DNA from: an uncultured Thermoplasmata archaeon
GTDB taxonomy: Archaea > Thermoplasmatota > Thermoplasmata > RBG-16-68-12
Length of the DNA: 64,000 nt
Assembly: GCA_963768855.1 (NCBI GenBank)
Contig: CAVYJM010000018.1
Span: 1 to 64,000 of the forward strand
Direction: 5' to 3'
Shown piece after piece: positions 19,597 through 28,976 of the stretch; within the stretch, counting starts at the first letter, position 1; every line of letters starts with the position of its first letter. The notes below the pieces were generated by a model, which was given only the letters and a program-made list of their open reading frames with translations, ran no database searches and was not told the DNA's origin. The position numbers and the translations under genes are program-made.

Positions 19597-20880
19597 ATGA
19601 CGCCGTCGAGAGAGGGGGTCGGATTCCTTCGCGCGGGCAAGGCCCGGCACGCCGAGGACGCAATCGGACGCTCCGAGGACCTCGTCGCCGTCCTGCGGCT
19701 CACCCAGGCCGATCTGGAGCCGGCCGAGGAATCGCTCCGCGTCGCCCGGGACCTGTTCCGGACGCACGAGTTCTCCAAGGCGCTCGCCGCGGCGCGCAAG
19801 GCCGAGAGCCTCGCACTCACCCTCGATGAACGCTTCACTGCATACCACAAGGCCAGCGCGGACCTGGAGATCCGCATCGAGGAGCTGCGCCGGATTGGAC
19901 TCGACACGCAGGAGTTCGAGGCCGCGCTGACCCGGGCTCGAGAGAAGGTCTCGACCGGGGTCTTGGAGAACGGCTCGGTCGTGCCGAACTACCTCGAGGC
20001 CCGCGTCCTCCTAGAGCGCGGCGCGCGGCAGGGGCGGGACCTGCTCGTCCGCGCGAACGCCGCGTCGAACAAGATCTTCCTCGCCGAAATCGCGATCACC
20101 GCGCTCGGAGACCTCGAGGGAATCGAGGACCCGAGGGCGTTCGCGGAGGGCGCAGTGAATGAGCTCGAACATTCGCTCGAGGAGGCGACGCGCGAGCTCG
20201 CCCTCGGACACGTGGACAGTGCGACTCGGATCGCCGCGGGGATCGAGACGCGAGCGGACCGCCTGCGGGCCGTGTTCCGCGAGACCGGCGTCACAATCGA
20301 CCGGGTGGACGTCCGCCTCGGGGAGCTCCGCGCCGAGGGCATCGTGACGGACCGCCTGGAGCGCCAGGTCGCCTACGCGCGCGACATGCGGGCGAAAGGG
20401 CTCCTGGAACCCTGCCTCGAGATGGCGGCGCGCCTGACGGAGGACGCGTCGCGCCTCTCTGAGAGCCATGCCAATGCGGTCACCGGACTCCAGGACGCAG
20501 AGGTCCTGTATTCCCGCCTCTCCCGGGAGGGCTTCCATTCCTACGAAGCGGACGCCGCCTTGAAAGACGCACGACGCGCCCTCAAGGAAGGGAACTACGC
20601 GCGCACGCTCGAGCACGTCGAGCGGGCGCACGGCGCCTTCGTCCGCCGCCGCAACGCGCGGGAGGCGCTTGCGAAGTCGCTCACGGAGACTCAGCGCCGC
20701 GTCGAACTGCTCAAGTCGGTCGACTTCCCGATGCTCCCGGACGTCCAGGAGGTCCTGACGCGCGCAGAGCGCGAGTTCCGCGAAGGCAACTACTCCGGAT
20801 CGAGCGAGGACCTCCAGATCGCGACGGTCCTCCTGGGACACGCGTCGAAGGCCCCCGCCGGGCCGGAGCGTCGGCCTTAA
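19597..20880 (+). CDS. Helical-repeat/coiled-coil hypothetical protein
   Basis: GGAGG SD; repeated pattern L...G.D...AE..L..A...L..G.Y..A. Confidence 0.8.
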   Translation: MTPSREGVGFLRAGKARHAEDAIGRSEDLVAVLRLTQADLEPAEESLRVARDLFRTHEFSKALAAARKAESLALTLDERFTAYHKASADLEIRIEELRRIGLDTQEFEAALTRAREKVSTGVLENGSVVPNYLEARVLLERGARQGRDLLVRANAASNKIFLAEIAITALGDLEGIEDPRAFAEGAVNELEHSLEEATRELALGHVDSATRIAAGIETRADRLRAVFRETGVTIDRVDVRLGELRAEGIVTDRLERQVAYARDMRAKGLLEPCLEMAARLTEDASRLSESHANAVTGLQDAEVLYSRLSREGFHSYEADAALKDARRALKEGNYARTLEHVERAHGAFVRRRNAREALAKSLTETQRRVELLKSVDFPMLPDVQEVLTRAEREFREGNYSGSSEDLQIATVLLGHASKAPAGPERRP

Positions 20881-20906
20881 GCCCCACCGCCCGTTCCTCC
20901 GCGCGG

Positions 20907-21518
20907 ATGGGCGAGCACTACTCTACGCGGAGACCGTCCTCTCGCCATCGGCATGCGGAGCGGTCCGTGTCGGTCCGTGGGCTCACGCTGCGCCTTCGCA
21001 CGGACGCAGGCGTCTTCGCCCGGGGCGGCCTGGACCGCGGGACCGAGCTCCTCATCGAGGCGCTCGACCTCGGACCGGGTGAGCTCGTCCTCGACCTGGG
21101 TTGCGGAACCGGGGCGATCGGCCTCGCCGCGGCGAGGCTCTCGGAGGGAGGGCACGTCGTCTTGACGGACATCAATGCTCGGGCCGTCCGTCTCGCCCGC
21201 GACAACCTCCGGGCGAACGGGGTGGCGAACGCGGAGGTGCGGCAGGGAGACCTGTACGCGCCCGTCGCCGGGATGGCCTTCGACCACATCGTGAGCAACC
21301 CGCCCCTCCGGGCCGGACGCCCCGTGGTCGACCGCATCGTTTCCGAGGCGCCCGCCCACCTGCTGGACGGCGGCCACCTGTGGCTTGTCGCCCGCACGCG
21401 GCAGGGCGCGGAATCCCTGCAGGGTCGGATGGCCGAGGCCTTCGGCCACGCCGAGATCGTGAAGCGCGGGAGCGGATACAAGGTGCTCCGCGCGACGAAG
21501 GGGGCGGGACCGTCGTAG
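20907..21518 (+). CDS. RsmC/MTS-like class I SAM methyltransferase
   Basis: GVFARGGLDRGT.LL, LDLGCGTG and SNPP motifs. Confidence 0.9.
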   Translation: MGEHYSTRRPSSRHRHAERSVSVRGLTLRLRTDAGVFARGGLDRGTELLIEALDLGPGELVLDLGCGTGAIGLAAARLSEGGHVVLTDINARAVRLARDNLRANGVANAEVRQGDLYAPVAGMAFDHIVSNPPLRAGRPVVDRIVSEAPAHLLDGGHLWLVARTRQGAESLQGRMAEAFGHAEIVKRGSGYKVLRATKGAGPS

Positions 21519-21535
21519 CGAATGCGGCCGTCCGG

Positions 21536-21970
21536 GTGCGCACCGCGAAGCCCCAGGACGCCGCGCTCCTGCGTCCCCTCTTCGGGTCCTTCTACGGCGA
21601 CTACCTCTAGGCTCGGACATCTGAGGCAATCCGGCGGAACATGAAGGCTGCGGCGTCCGTCGACACGGTTCTGCTCGCAACCGTGGACGGTCGGGCCGCG
21701 GGGTTCGCAAGCCTCCGGCTCATCCCGCAGCTCGAGGTGGCCGCCCCGCACGCGGAGCTCTCGGACCTCTACGTGGCCGACGCGTACCGCCGCCGGGGCG
21801 TGGGACGCGCCCTGATGCGGTCCGCGGAGCAGCTCGCCCGCGAGAAGGGATCCTCGCGCGTAGTCCTCACGGCGGGCCTCGACAATGAGGGCGCCCGCGC
21901 CTTCTACCGAGCGCTCGGGTACGCCGCGTTCGGCTTGACCCTGCAGCGACGCCTGGAGGAATCGGCATGA
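21536..21970 (+). pseudogene. GNAT acetyltransferase interrupted by an in-frame TAG (21608-21610)
   Basis: VRTAKPQDAALL...GDYL*ARTSEAIRRNM... continues in the same frame into LSDLYVADAYRRRGVGRALM and N.GARAFYRALGY. Confidence 0.75.
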
Positions 21971-22587
21971 GCCCTCCCCGCGTCCTCGGGCGGGCCCGGT
22001 GGGTCTACTTCCGGCATCCCGGGACGGACCGCGCGACCCTGTCTTCGACGGACCGGGGGCATCACCTCTCCGGCCACGCGCGCCTGCGTTTCCCCGAAGG
22101 GCCGACGACCGTCGTGTACGCGATCTCGTGCGACCCCGAATGGCAGCCGCGGAGCGCCCGGATCGAGGTCCGGCCGGGCCGCGAGAAGCACCTCCTCCGG
22201 GTCGAGGTGAGCGAGGACGGCGATTGGGAGATCGACGGGTTCGTCCGGCGAGAACTCCGCGGATACACGGACCTGGACCTCTCGGCGTCCCCTTCGACGA
22301 ACACCCTCGCCCTCCGGCGACTCGATCTGCCGGTCGGCGAGGCCGCGGAGATTCGAACGGCGTGGGTCGTCTTCCCGGACCTCGAGGTCCACGCGGTGCG
22401 GCAGCGGTACACCCGGATCTCGGATCGACACTACCGGTACGAGGGCCTGCACAACGGCTTCGTCGCAGAGTTCGACGTCGACGCCGTGGGACTCGTCGTC
22501 GATTACCCCGAGTTCTGGGAACGCGTTCCGCTCGGCCCGCGCCGGAGTCGGCCTCCCGCCTCGGGACCGCGCCGGGGACGAGCATAA
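21967..22587 (+). CDS. Putative glycolipid-binding domain protein (DUF1089-like)
   Basis: DLDLSASPSTNTLALRRL, V.FPDL.V..VRQRYTR and VD..GLVVDYP motifs. Confidence 0.8.
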   Translation: MSPPRVLGRARWVYFRHPGTDRATLSSTDRGHHLSGHARLRFPEGPTTVVYAISCDPEWQPRSARIEVRPGREKHLLRVEVSEDGDWEIDGFVRRELRGYTDLDLSASPSTNTLALRRLDLPVGEAAEIRTAWVVFPDLEVHAVRQRYTRISDRHYRYEGLHNGFVAEFDVDAVGLVVDYPEFWERVPLGPRRSRPPASGPRRGRA

Positions 22588-22640
22588 ACCCTTAAGTACG
22601 TCCTGGAGTTTGGGACACCATCCCACCCGGGGATTGTTGA

Positions 22641-23321
22641 ATGCCTGAGGATGAGGAAACCCCTGAACCAGAGGCACCGCCCTCGCCAGCCGAAGGCAAG
22701 AAGCCCGAGAAGGCGAAGAAAGAGAAGAAGGACGAGAAGGCGGAGGAGCCGAAGTCCAAGGCGCCCAAGAAGCTCGAAGGCGTCAAGGAGGATTTCCGCT
22801 ACATCGTCCGCATGGCCAACACGGACCTCGATGGCACGCGGTCCGTCGCGTACGCCCTCACGGCGATTGACGGGATCGGGATCCGCGTCGCCGAGGCCCT
22901 CGCGGACAACGTCGGCGTGGCGCGGTACGAGCGCCTCGGGAACCTTTCCGAGCAGCAGACGGACAAGATCGAGGAGACCCTGACGAAGCTCGGAGAGACC
23001 TTCCCGGACTGGATGGTCAACCGTCCGCGCGACCAGGAGACGGGCCTCGACCTCCACGCCTTCGGGTCCGAGTGGGGCCTGCGGGTGCGGGACGACATCA
23101 ACCGGATGAAGATGATCCGCTCCTACAAGGGCGTCCGCCACGAGGGGGGCCAGAAGGTCCGCGGCCAACGCACGCGCAGCAACGGCCGCACGGGCCTGAC
23201 GGTCGGTGTCACGAAGAAGGCCGCGCTCGCGGCCCAGGCCGCCAAGAAGGAGGAAGAGGGCGGCAAGGCCAAGAAGGAAGAGCCGAAGCCGGCCGCCGCG
23301 GCGGCGGAGAAGAAGGAGTGA
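22641..23321 (+). CDS. rps13: 30S ribosomal protein S13 with charged N- and C-terminal extensions
   Basis: FRYIVRMANTDLDG, P.WMVNR and IRSYKGVRH..GQKVRGQRTRSNGR motifs. Confidence 0.97.
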   Translation: MPEDEETPEPEAPPSPAEGKKPEKAKKEKKDEKAEEPKSKAPKKLEGVKEDFRYIVRMANTDLDGTRSVAYALTAIDGIGIRVAEALADNVGVARYERLGNLSEQQTDKIEETLTKLGETFPDWMVNRPRDQETGLDLHAFGSEWGLRVRDDINRMKMIRSYKGVRHEGGQKVRGQRTRSNGRTGLTVGVTKKAALAAQAAKKEEEGGKAKKEEPKPAAAAAEKKE

Positions 23322-23325
23322 TCCG

Positions 23326-23964
23326 GTGGGCGACCCCAAGTTCTCCCGCGCGCATTTCGAACGGCCGTCCCATCCGTGGGAGGCCGAGCGGATCAAGACG
23401 GAGAACGAGCTCCTGAAGAAGTACGGGCTCAAGAACAAGAAGGAGCTCTGGCGATCCCAGTTCACCCTCCGGCGCTTCCGCCAGCGGGCGCGGGAGCTGC
23501 AGGCGCTCGTCCGCACGGGCAACAAGCAGGCGGAGAAGGAGCGCGAGCAGCTGCTCCGGCGCCTCGGACGGGTCGGTCTCCTGCCCCTCGAGGGGACGAC
23601 CCTCGACGATGTCCTCGCCCTCGACGTGGAGGCGCTCCTCTCCCGGCGCCTGCAGACCCTCACGTTCCTCAAGGGACTTGCCTTCACGCCGCGCCAGGCG
23701 CGACAGTTCATCGTGCACGGCCATGTCTCCGTCGAGGGCCGCCGCGTGACGATCCCAGGCTACCTCGTGAACCGCCAGGAGGAGAACGCAATCATCTACG
23801 ACGAGCGTTCCCCGATCGCGAACGACCTGCATCCAGTCCGACAGAGCGCGCAACCGCCCGCGCCGCCCGCGGGCCCGGAGCCGGACGAGGCCGGACCCGG
23901 GCCGGCCGGACCGGCGGCCGCCGGACCCTCGCCGCCTCCCGCTGAGCCGACCAAGGGGGCCTGA
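23326..23964 (+). CDS. rps4: 30S ribosomal protein S4 (archaeal type) with a Pro/Ala-rich tail
   Basis: GDPKF...[19 protein letters not shown] and ARQFIVHGH motifs. Confidence 0.97.
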   Translation: MGDPKFSRAHFERPSHPWEAERIKTENELLKKYGLKNKKELWRSQFTLRRFRQRARELQALVRTGNKQAEKEREQLLRRLGRVGLLPLEGTTLDDVLALDVEALLSRRLQTLTFLKGLAFTPRQARQFIVHGHVSVEGRRVTIPGYLVNRQEENAIIYDERSPIANDLHPVRQSAQPPAPPAGPEPDEAGPGPAGPAAAGPSPPPAEPTKGA

Positions 23965-23966
23965 TC

Positions 23967-24350
23967 ATGACGAAGTGGGGGATCGCGCACATCTACGCGT
24001 CGTATAACAACATCATCATCACGCTCACGGACATCACCGGCTCCGAGACGATCACGAAGGCCACGGGCGGCATGGTCGTGAAGGCCGCGAAGGACGAGGC
24101 CTCCCCGTATGCCGCGATGAAGGCGGCCGAGCGCGTCGCGGACGCCGCGAAGGAGAAGGGCATCGACTCGATCCACGTCCGCGTGCGCGCGCCGGGCGGC
24201 AACCGCTCGAAGAGCCCGGGCCCCGGTGCACAGTCCGCGATCCGCGCGCTCTCCCGCGCGGGTCTCCGCATCGGACGCATCGAGGAAGTGACGCCCGTGC
24301 CCCATGACGGGACAAAGCCGAAGGGCGGCCGCCGCGGGCGGAGGGTGTAG
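23967..24350 (+). CDS. rps11: 30S ribosomal protein S11
   Basis: [28 protein letters not shown] and [11 protein letters not shown] motifs. Confidence 0.98.
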   Translation: MTKWGIAHIYASYNNIIITLTDITGSETITKATGGMVVKAAKDEASPYAAMKAAERVADAAKEKGIDSIHVRVRAPGGNRSKSPGPGAQSAIRALSRAGLRIGRIEEVTPVPHDGTKPKGGRRGRRV

Positions 24351-24355
24351 GGACC

Positions 24356-25192
24356 ATGAAGGCGAAGGTCCTCGCGCAGAAGGAGGACTACCTCAAGGTC
24401 CTCCTCGAGGAGACGGAGCCTGCGTTCGTGAACGCGCTCCGGCGCATCCTCATCGCCGACGTGCCGAAGATGGCGATTGAGGACGTCGAGTTCCACCTCG
24501 GGCCCATCCGGGCCGAGGACGGAAAAGAGTACGAGTCCATCGCGCCCCTGTTCGATGAGATGATCGCGCACCGCCTCGGGCTCGTCCCGATCCCGACGGA
24601 CCTGGGCCTTTACAACCGCCGCGAAGACTGCCCGAGCTGTCATGGCGAAGGCTGCCCCAGCTGCACGATCATCTACTCCCTGAACAAGCGCGGACCCGGA
24701 CTCGTTACCTCCGCGGACATGGAGCCCATCGGGGACACCAAGCTCCGCCCGAAGGACCAGGGCATCCCGATCGTCTCGCTCGCGGAGGGCCAGGCCATCC
24801 TGATCTACGCGACGGCCCAGCTGGGCACGGCGAAGGACCATGCGAAGTGGCAGCCCACCCATGGGGTCGGATACGCCTACCTGTCGGTCGTGAAGGCTGG
24901 GAGCAAGGTCGTGGACACCCTGGACCCGGGGGTTCCTTTCTGCAGCGCGCACATGCTCACAACGTCCCTCGTGGAGGAGAGCGTGAAGCTCCCGGACGAC
25001 TGTACGCTGTGCAACAAGTTCCGCGAGGCCTACAAGGTCGACACGGTCAAGATCTCGAGCGATCCCACTCGGTTCGTCCTGCAGTTCGAAACGGACGGCT
25101 CGATGACCGCGAAGGACGTCCTGGCGAAGGCACTGGACATCCTGGCGGAGCGGTTCGGGGACCTCGCGACGCAGGCCGGCGCCCTCGAGTGA
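24356..25192 (+). CDS. rpoD: DNA-directed RNA polymerase subunit D (Rpo3)
   Basis: NALRR...VPKMAIEDV, IAHRLGLVPI, CPSC..CPSC, G.AKDHAKW and FETDGS motifs; conserved S13-S4-S11-rpoD order. Confidence 0.96.
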   Translation: MKAKVLAQKEDYLKVLLEETEPAFVNALRRILIADVPKMAIEDVEFHLGPIRAEDGKEYESIAPLFDEMIAHRLGLVPIPTDLGLYNRREDCPSCHGEGCPSCTIIYSLNKRGPGLVTSADMEPIGDTKLRPKDQGIPIVSLAEGQAILIYATAQLGTAKDHAKWQPTHGVGYAYLSVVKAGSKVVDTLDPGVPFCSAHMLTTSLVEESVKLPDDCTLCNKFREAYKVDTVKISSDPTRFVLQFETDGSMTAKDVLAKALDILAERFGDLATQAGALE

Positions 25193-25202
25193 GGATTACC
25201 TA

Positions 25203-25230
25203 AAGCTTTGCTCGTCGTGGGGCAAAGCTT
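25203..25230. terminator. 9-bp hairpin AAGCTTTGC/GCAAAGCTT downstream of rpoD
   Basis: Perfect inverted repeat with a 10-nt loop 10 bp after the rpoD stop. It could instead be a regulatory site, since it abuts the blaI TATA-like box. Confidence 0.4.
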
Positions 25231-25238
25231 AATAGGAT

Positions 25239-25253
25239 TACTATTGCTATAGT
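25239..25253. promoter_or_regulatory. Candidate BlaI-type operator 1 (TACTATTGCTATAGT)
   Basis: Imperfect palindrome between a CTTAATA box and the blaI GTG; matches site 2 at 13 of 15 nt. Confidence 0.7.
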
Positions 25254-25258
25254 CATCC

Positions 25259-25639
25259 GTGGAACTTGGCGACCTTGAGTTGGCAGTTCTTCGTGCCGTC
25301 CGCACGCTGGGTGAGGCCACGTCGGGCGACGTGTTCGAGGAACTGAAGCGCACCCGGGATGTGGCGTACACGTCCGTGACCACCACGCTCTACCGCCTGG
25401 TGGACAAGGACCTCGTGGCGGTGCGCAAGCAGAGCGAGAAGCGGGTCTTCTACCGCATCAAGGAAGGGCGCGCGTATCGAAAGGCCATGTCGTCCATGGT
25501 CGACTCCTTGCTCGACACGTTCGGTGGGGCAGCGGTTTCTTATCTGTTGGACAATCCCGAGAGACTCACGGAGGGGCAGGCAGCGAGTCTGAGAACCCAG
25601 ATCGACGGACGACGCAAGAAGGAAGCGCTGCATGAGTAG
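25259..25639 (+). CDS. BlaI/MecI/CopY family transcriptional repressor
   Basis: LGDLELAVL...AYTSVTTTLYRLVDK wHTH plus a C-terminal LLDTFGG dimerisation helix. Confidence 0.9.
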   Translation: MELGDLELAVLRAVRTLGEATSGDVFEELKRTRDVAYTSVTTTLYRLVDKDLVAVRKQSEKRVFYRIKEGRAYRKAMSSMVDSLLDTFGGAAVSYLLDNPERLTEGQAASLRTQIDGRRKKEALHE

Positions 25640-26546
25640 TCCCCTCGAATCCATCTTCGAGGCCTTGACCGCCTACTGGTCTTCGCCCCTCACCCTGTCC
25701 ATCGTGGCGGTGTGTGCCGCCTCGATGGGTACCCTCCTCTATGTCTTCCTGACGAACGCCCGAAACGCGCGGTTGCGGGTGAGCCTTCTCACGGGATTCT
25801 ACGTCCTCACCGTCTTCTTCTGGGCCTACGTTGCGGCGAGCTTGTTCTTCTGCATCGCCCAAGCGGACATGGTCGCCTACCAAAACGAGGGGGTTCGGCT
25901 CGCCGCCGCAGGTGCTGTGGTTGTCGCGCTGGCAGCGTCCATTGTCCTCTCCGTGGCCGTCTGGAGATTCGCCGCGGGAAGGGTCCTGCATCGACTCAAG
26001 CCCCGCCCAGTCCTCCCGGCGGAGCGGTGGGCCCAGGAGTACGTCAATCTGCTTGCGAGGTTCGAAGGCATGCACGCCCCACCCGTGCTCGTCGTCGAGC
26101 GCTCCGAACCGCTCGCCATGGCCGTAGGTGGGAAGAGAGCAGCCATCCTCGTGTCGCAGGGCCTGCTGAGCATCTTGGAGAGAGACGAGGTGGAGACCTC
26201 GCTGGCCCACGAGCTCATGCACCTGAAGCACCATGACGCTGAGTTCAAGGTGTTCTCCACCGTCTTCTCGCGGATCCTGTTCTTTGACCCGTTCTCCAAG
26301 TTCTTCGATCCTGCGGTGCACCGGGAGCGAGAATACCTCGCGGATGAAATGAGCGGCCGATCCACGGGGAAGCCCGCAACGCTCGCCTCGGCGCTCCTCA
26401 AGATTGCGGACCGGGAACCCGCACCGAAGTCAACGTGGGGGCTCAGCATCTACGGCAAGGGCCACGGTATCTTCAGCCGGTACCCGCCCCTGAAGGAGCG
26501 GGTACAGAGGCTGCTGCTGCTGTCCGACCTGCTCACCACGAAGTGA
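25632..26546 (+). CDS. BlaR1/MecR1-like M56 (M48-related) membrane zinc peptidase without a penicillin-binding domain
   Basis: Three to four TM helices, [14 protein letters not shown] and LASALLK motifs; overlaps the blaI stop. Confidence 0.87.
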   Translation: MSSPLESIFEALTAYWSSPLTLSIVAVCAASMGTLLYVFLTNARNARLRVSLLTGFYVLTVFFWAYVAASLFFCIAQADMVAYQNEGVRLAAAGAVVVALAASIVLSVAVWRFAAGRVLHRLKPRPVLPAERWAQEYVNLLARFEGMHAPPVLVVERSEPLAMAVGGKRAAILVSQGLLSILERDEVETSLAHELMHLKHHDAEFKVFSTVFSRILFFDPFSKFFDPAVHREREYLADEMSGRSTGKPATLASALLKIADREPAPKSTWGLSIYGKGHGIFSRYPPLKERVQRLLLLSDLLTTK

Positions 26547-27816
26547 GAGCGGGCGCGTCCACCCGGGAGACATCGATCGCGATGAGTGCTCCCCCGCCTC
26601 CCGATCTCGCCGAGCCGACAGAAGGTTGCACGCTCACAAAGGCGCTTCCCACCGTGCTGTTCGGGAAGGAGAACGCGGATAGCATATTGCTTGCATTGGC
26701 CTCCCGCGATGTGAGGGAAGGCAGGTTCCAGTTCGTCGCGATGAGCTTCAGGATCGACGTGTGATCCATGACTTCGTGATCCACGAACCCGCGCCTCGCA
26801 TACGGGGAAATCACGATCATCGGCACGCGGAACCCGTAGCCCCACGCATCCACCTGGGGAGGCGGGGCGTGGTCGTAGAAGCCCCCCGATTCGTCCCATG
26901 TGAGCAGGATCGCGGAGTGGGCCCACATGGAACTTGCCATGATTGCTGCGACGACCGAGCTCGTCCAAGCGTCCCCTGTTGACACGTCACCGGGAGGGTG
27001 GTCGTTGATCGCGAGATCGCCCGGGAGGTCGCCTTCCGGGTCAATGAACGTCACCGACGGGAAGTCCGCGGCAACGATGTCCGATAGGAGGTGCGAGATG
27101 GGCACGACCTTGGCGGCCATCGCGGGGTTGTTGGCGATGTGGGTAACATCGAGCGGGATTGCCCGGTTGAACAGGTCGTTGTAACTGTAGTAACGCCACG
27201 TGATGTTGCGGGTTTCGAGTTGGTCGAAGACCGTGGGGAGGTCGATCCCGGCGGATGGCAGGACGTCCCCCGTGACGCCATCCGCCTGGCCTGCAATGGA
27301 GTAGAGCCTGTTGGGAATCGTGGGTCCGAACATGGGCTGGAAGTAGTGGTCTGCAATCGTGAAGTTCCGAGCGAGAGCCCAAGCCCCGGGGAGCTGGCGT
27401 TCGTCGTAATGCCCCACAGCAATAGCGCCCAATCCCGGACTCGCTTCGTTGGCGACGACGGCAAACTGATCGTTGCCGCCGCCATCATACGACTGCAGCA
27501 TGGCATCGCGACTGTGCGGGAGGTCGGGCGTGGACGTGGCGTTGATCCAGCCCGGCGTAAGGTACCCGCCCGACCCGTCCGGCAAGGTGACGTTGGCGGG
27601 AAGGCCATCCACCCCCGGGAAAGTGCCGAAGTAATTGTCGAATGCGTGATTCTCCTTCATCATGACGATGACCCGCTCGATGGGCGTGATGCCGGCGACC
27701 AGCGTGGGTGACGTCGGGGGCGCAGGCGGTCGACTGAAGTAGACGAAATCCACGACGACTGCGGAGAGCACGAGCAACGGCACCAGAACGAAGATGATCA
27801 ACCCGCGGACATTCAA
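26533..27816 (-). CDS. Membrane-anchored phosphoesterase (phospholipase C/acid phosphatase family); start uncertain
   Basis: [23 protein letters not shown]...[32 protein letters not shown] and DHTSILK motifs; N-terminal TM helix. Confidence 0.9.
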   Translation of the reverse strand: MNVRGLIIFVLVPLLVLSAVVVDFVYFSRPPAPPTSPTLVAGITPIERVIVMMKENHAFDNYFGTFPGVDGLPANVTLPDGSGGYLTPGWINATSTPDLPHSRDAMLQSYDGGGNDQFAVVANEASPGLGAIAVGHYDERQLPGAWALARNFTIADHYFQPMFGPTIPNRLYSIAGQADGVTGDVLPSAGIDLPTVFDQLETRNITWRYYSYNDLFNRAIPLDVTHIANNPAMAAKVVPISHLLSDIVAADFPSVTFIDPEGDLPGDLAINDHPPGDVSTGDAWTSSVVAAIMASSMWAHSAILLTWDESGGFYDHAPPPQVDAWGYGFRVPMIVISPYARRGFVDHEVMDHTSILKLIATNWNLPSLTSREANASNMLSAFSFPNSTVGSAFVSVQPSVGSARSGGGGALIAIDVSRVDAPALTSW

Positions 27817-27997
27817 CCTACGGGGAGTAATGTTCCGCCTCCGCGCTGTGAAATGTGTCGTCTCCCTGCCTCTTAACCCTTGGCATGGTTCCCCCCGAGG
27901 AAGGCGACGGGTTTCACCACCTGGGAAGAACACACTCCAGACGGCGAGTACGAACTAGACTCAGCGGGGCAAGGTCGCCAAATTAGGGAAACCTTAA

Positions 27998-28013
27998 TAC
28001 TATTGTAATAGTA
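27998..28013. promoter_or_regulatory. Candidate BlaI-type operator 2 (TACTATT-GT-AATAGTA) in a divergent promoter
   Basis: Perfect 7-bp inverted repeat overlapping a CTTAATA box, between the divergent phosphoesterase and the NTase-GT operon. Confidence 0.72.
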
Positions 28014-28066
28014 ATAAGCGAACGGGGACTCAGACGGCAGTCGTAGGACAGCGCACCTCCGGGACG

Positions 28067-28972
28067 GTGGATTCCGAATACCGACAGCGCGTGGAGACCA
28101 CCCTCCTCCTCATGCACCGGTGGGGCTACGCCCCAACGCTCGCAGCTTTGGGGGACGAACTCCTCGGCGGGCGAGTGCGTGCGGAGAGCCTCGTCGAGAC
28201 CATCCGCCGGTCGAACTCGATTCGCTACATCGACGGTTTCGTTTGCCTGCATGGGTGGGAGCGCCTCATCGGTCCTTCGAGACAGCGAGTCGCCGCGAAT
28301 TCTCGAGCTAGCGAAGATGCGCGCAGGATCGCGCGCGACTTCGCACGAGACCTCACGCGCTTCTGCCCGTTTGTGGATGTCGTCTCGCTATCGGGTTCCG
28401 TAGCCTCGGGAGGCTTCGAACCGGGGGATGACATCGACTTCGACCTGTTTGTCCAAGCCGGCACGAAGTACATCAGCTACTTGGCGGCGACCCTTGTCGG
28501 CCTCAAGTACGCTTGGAGGTACCGCCATCTCGAGCTCAATCCCCTCCACCGAACGCCTCTCTTGCCCAAAATCACCTGCATCAACGTCGTGTGGCCCGAA
28601 GATCAGACGCGACCGTTCGTCAGGAAGGATGCGGGCCTCGCGTTCGAGCTCCTGCACTGTCAGCCGATGCTCGGTTCTGAACGATTCCAGCGTGTCCTGG
28701 CGGAAAACCCGTGGCTTCAAGAGTTCTTCCCTCAGGTCTACGACCGAGTCTGGATCGACGCTCTGGACCGGGACGTGGGTCCCGCGGGTCGATTCCTGTC
28801 GGCGATCGCAAAGCGGCCTCGGCTCCTCCGCGCGTTCGAGGCAACGAGCCGCCGGATCGCGTGGATCCTCTACCAGCTTGTCCAGACCCGTCGCGCGAGA
28901 AACCCGGCGGCCCGCGAGCGCATGGCGTTCCTTCGACGTGTGAAGTACCCGTACGAAGTCTTCCAGGATTGA
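28067..28972 (+). CDS. Pol-beta-type nucleotidyltransferase domain protein
   Basis: SLSGSVASG......DIDF (GS...DxD) motif; function unknown. Confidence 0.65.
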   Translation: MDSEYRQRVETTLLLMHRWGYAPTLAALGDELLGGRVRAESLVETIRRSNSIRYIDGFVCLHGWERLIGPSRQRVAANSRASEDARRIARDFARDLTRFCPFVDVVSLSGSVASGGFEPGDDIDFDLFVQAGTKYISYLAATLVGLKYAWRYRHLELNPLHRTPLLPKITCINVVWPEDQTRPFVRKDAGLAFELLHCQPMLGSERFQRVLAENPWLQEFFPQVYDRVWIDALDRDVGPAGRFLSAIAKRPRLLRAFEATSRRIAWILYQLVQTRRARNPAARERMAFLRRVKYPYEVFQD

Positions 28973-28976
28973 TGCA

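Noticed and set aside
21608-21610. Genome-wide TAG reassignment
   Set aside because: Several conserved genes in this window terminate at TAG at their expected lengths.
25259-26546. Beta-lactam resistance locus
   Set aside because: The peptidase has no penicillin-binding sensor domain and no beta-lactamase or PBP is adjacent. The MBL-fold gene at 7816 is a distant generic hydrolase.
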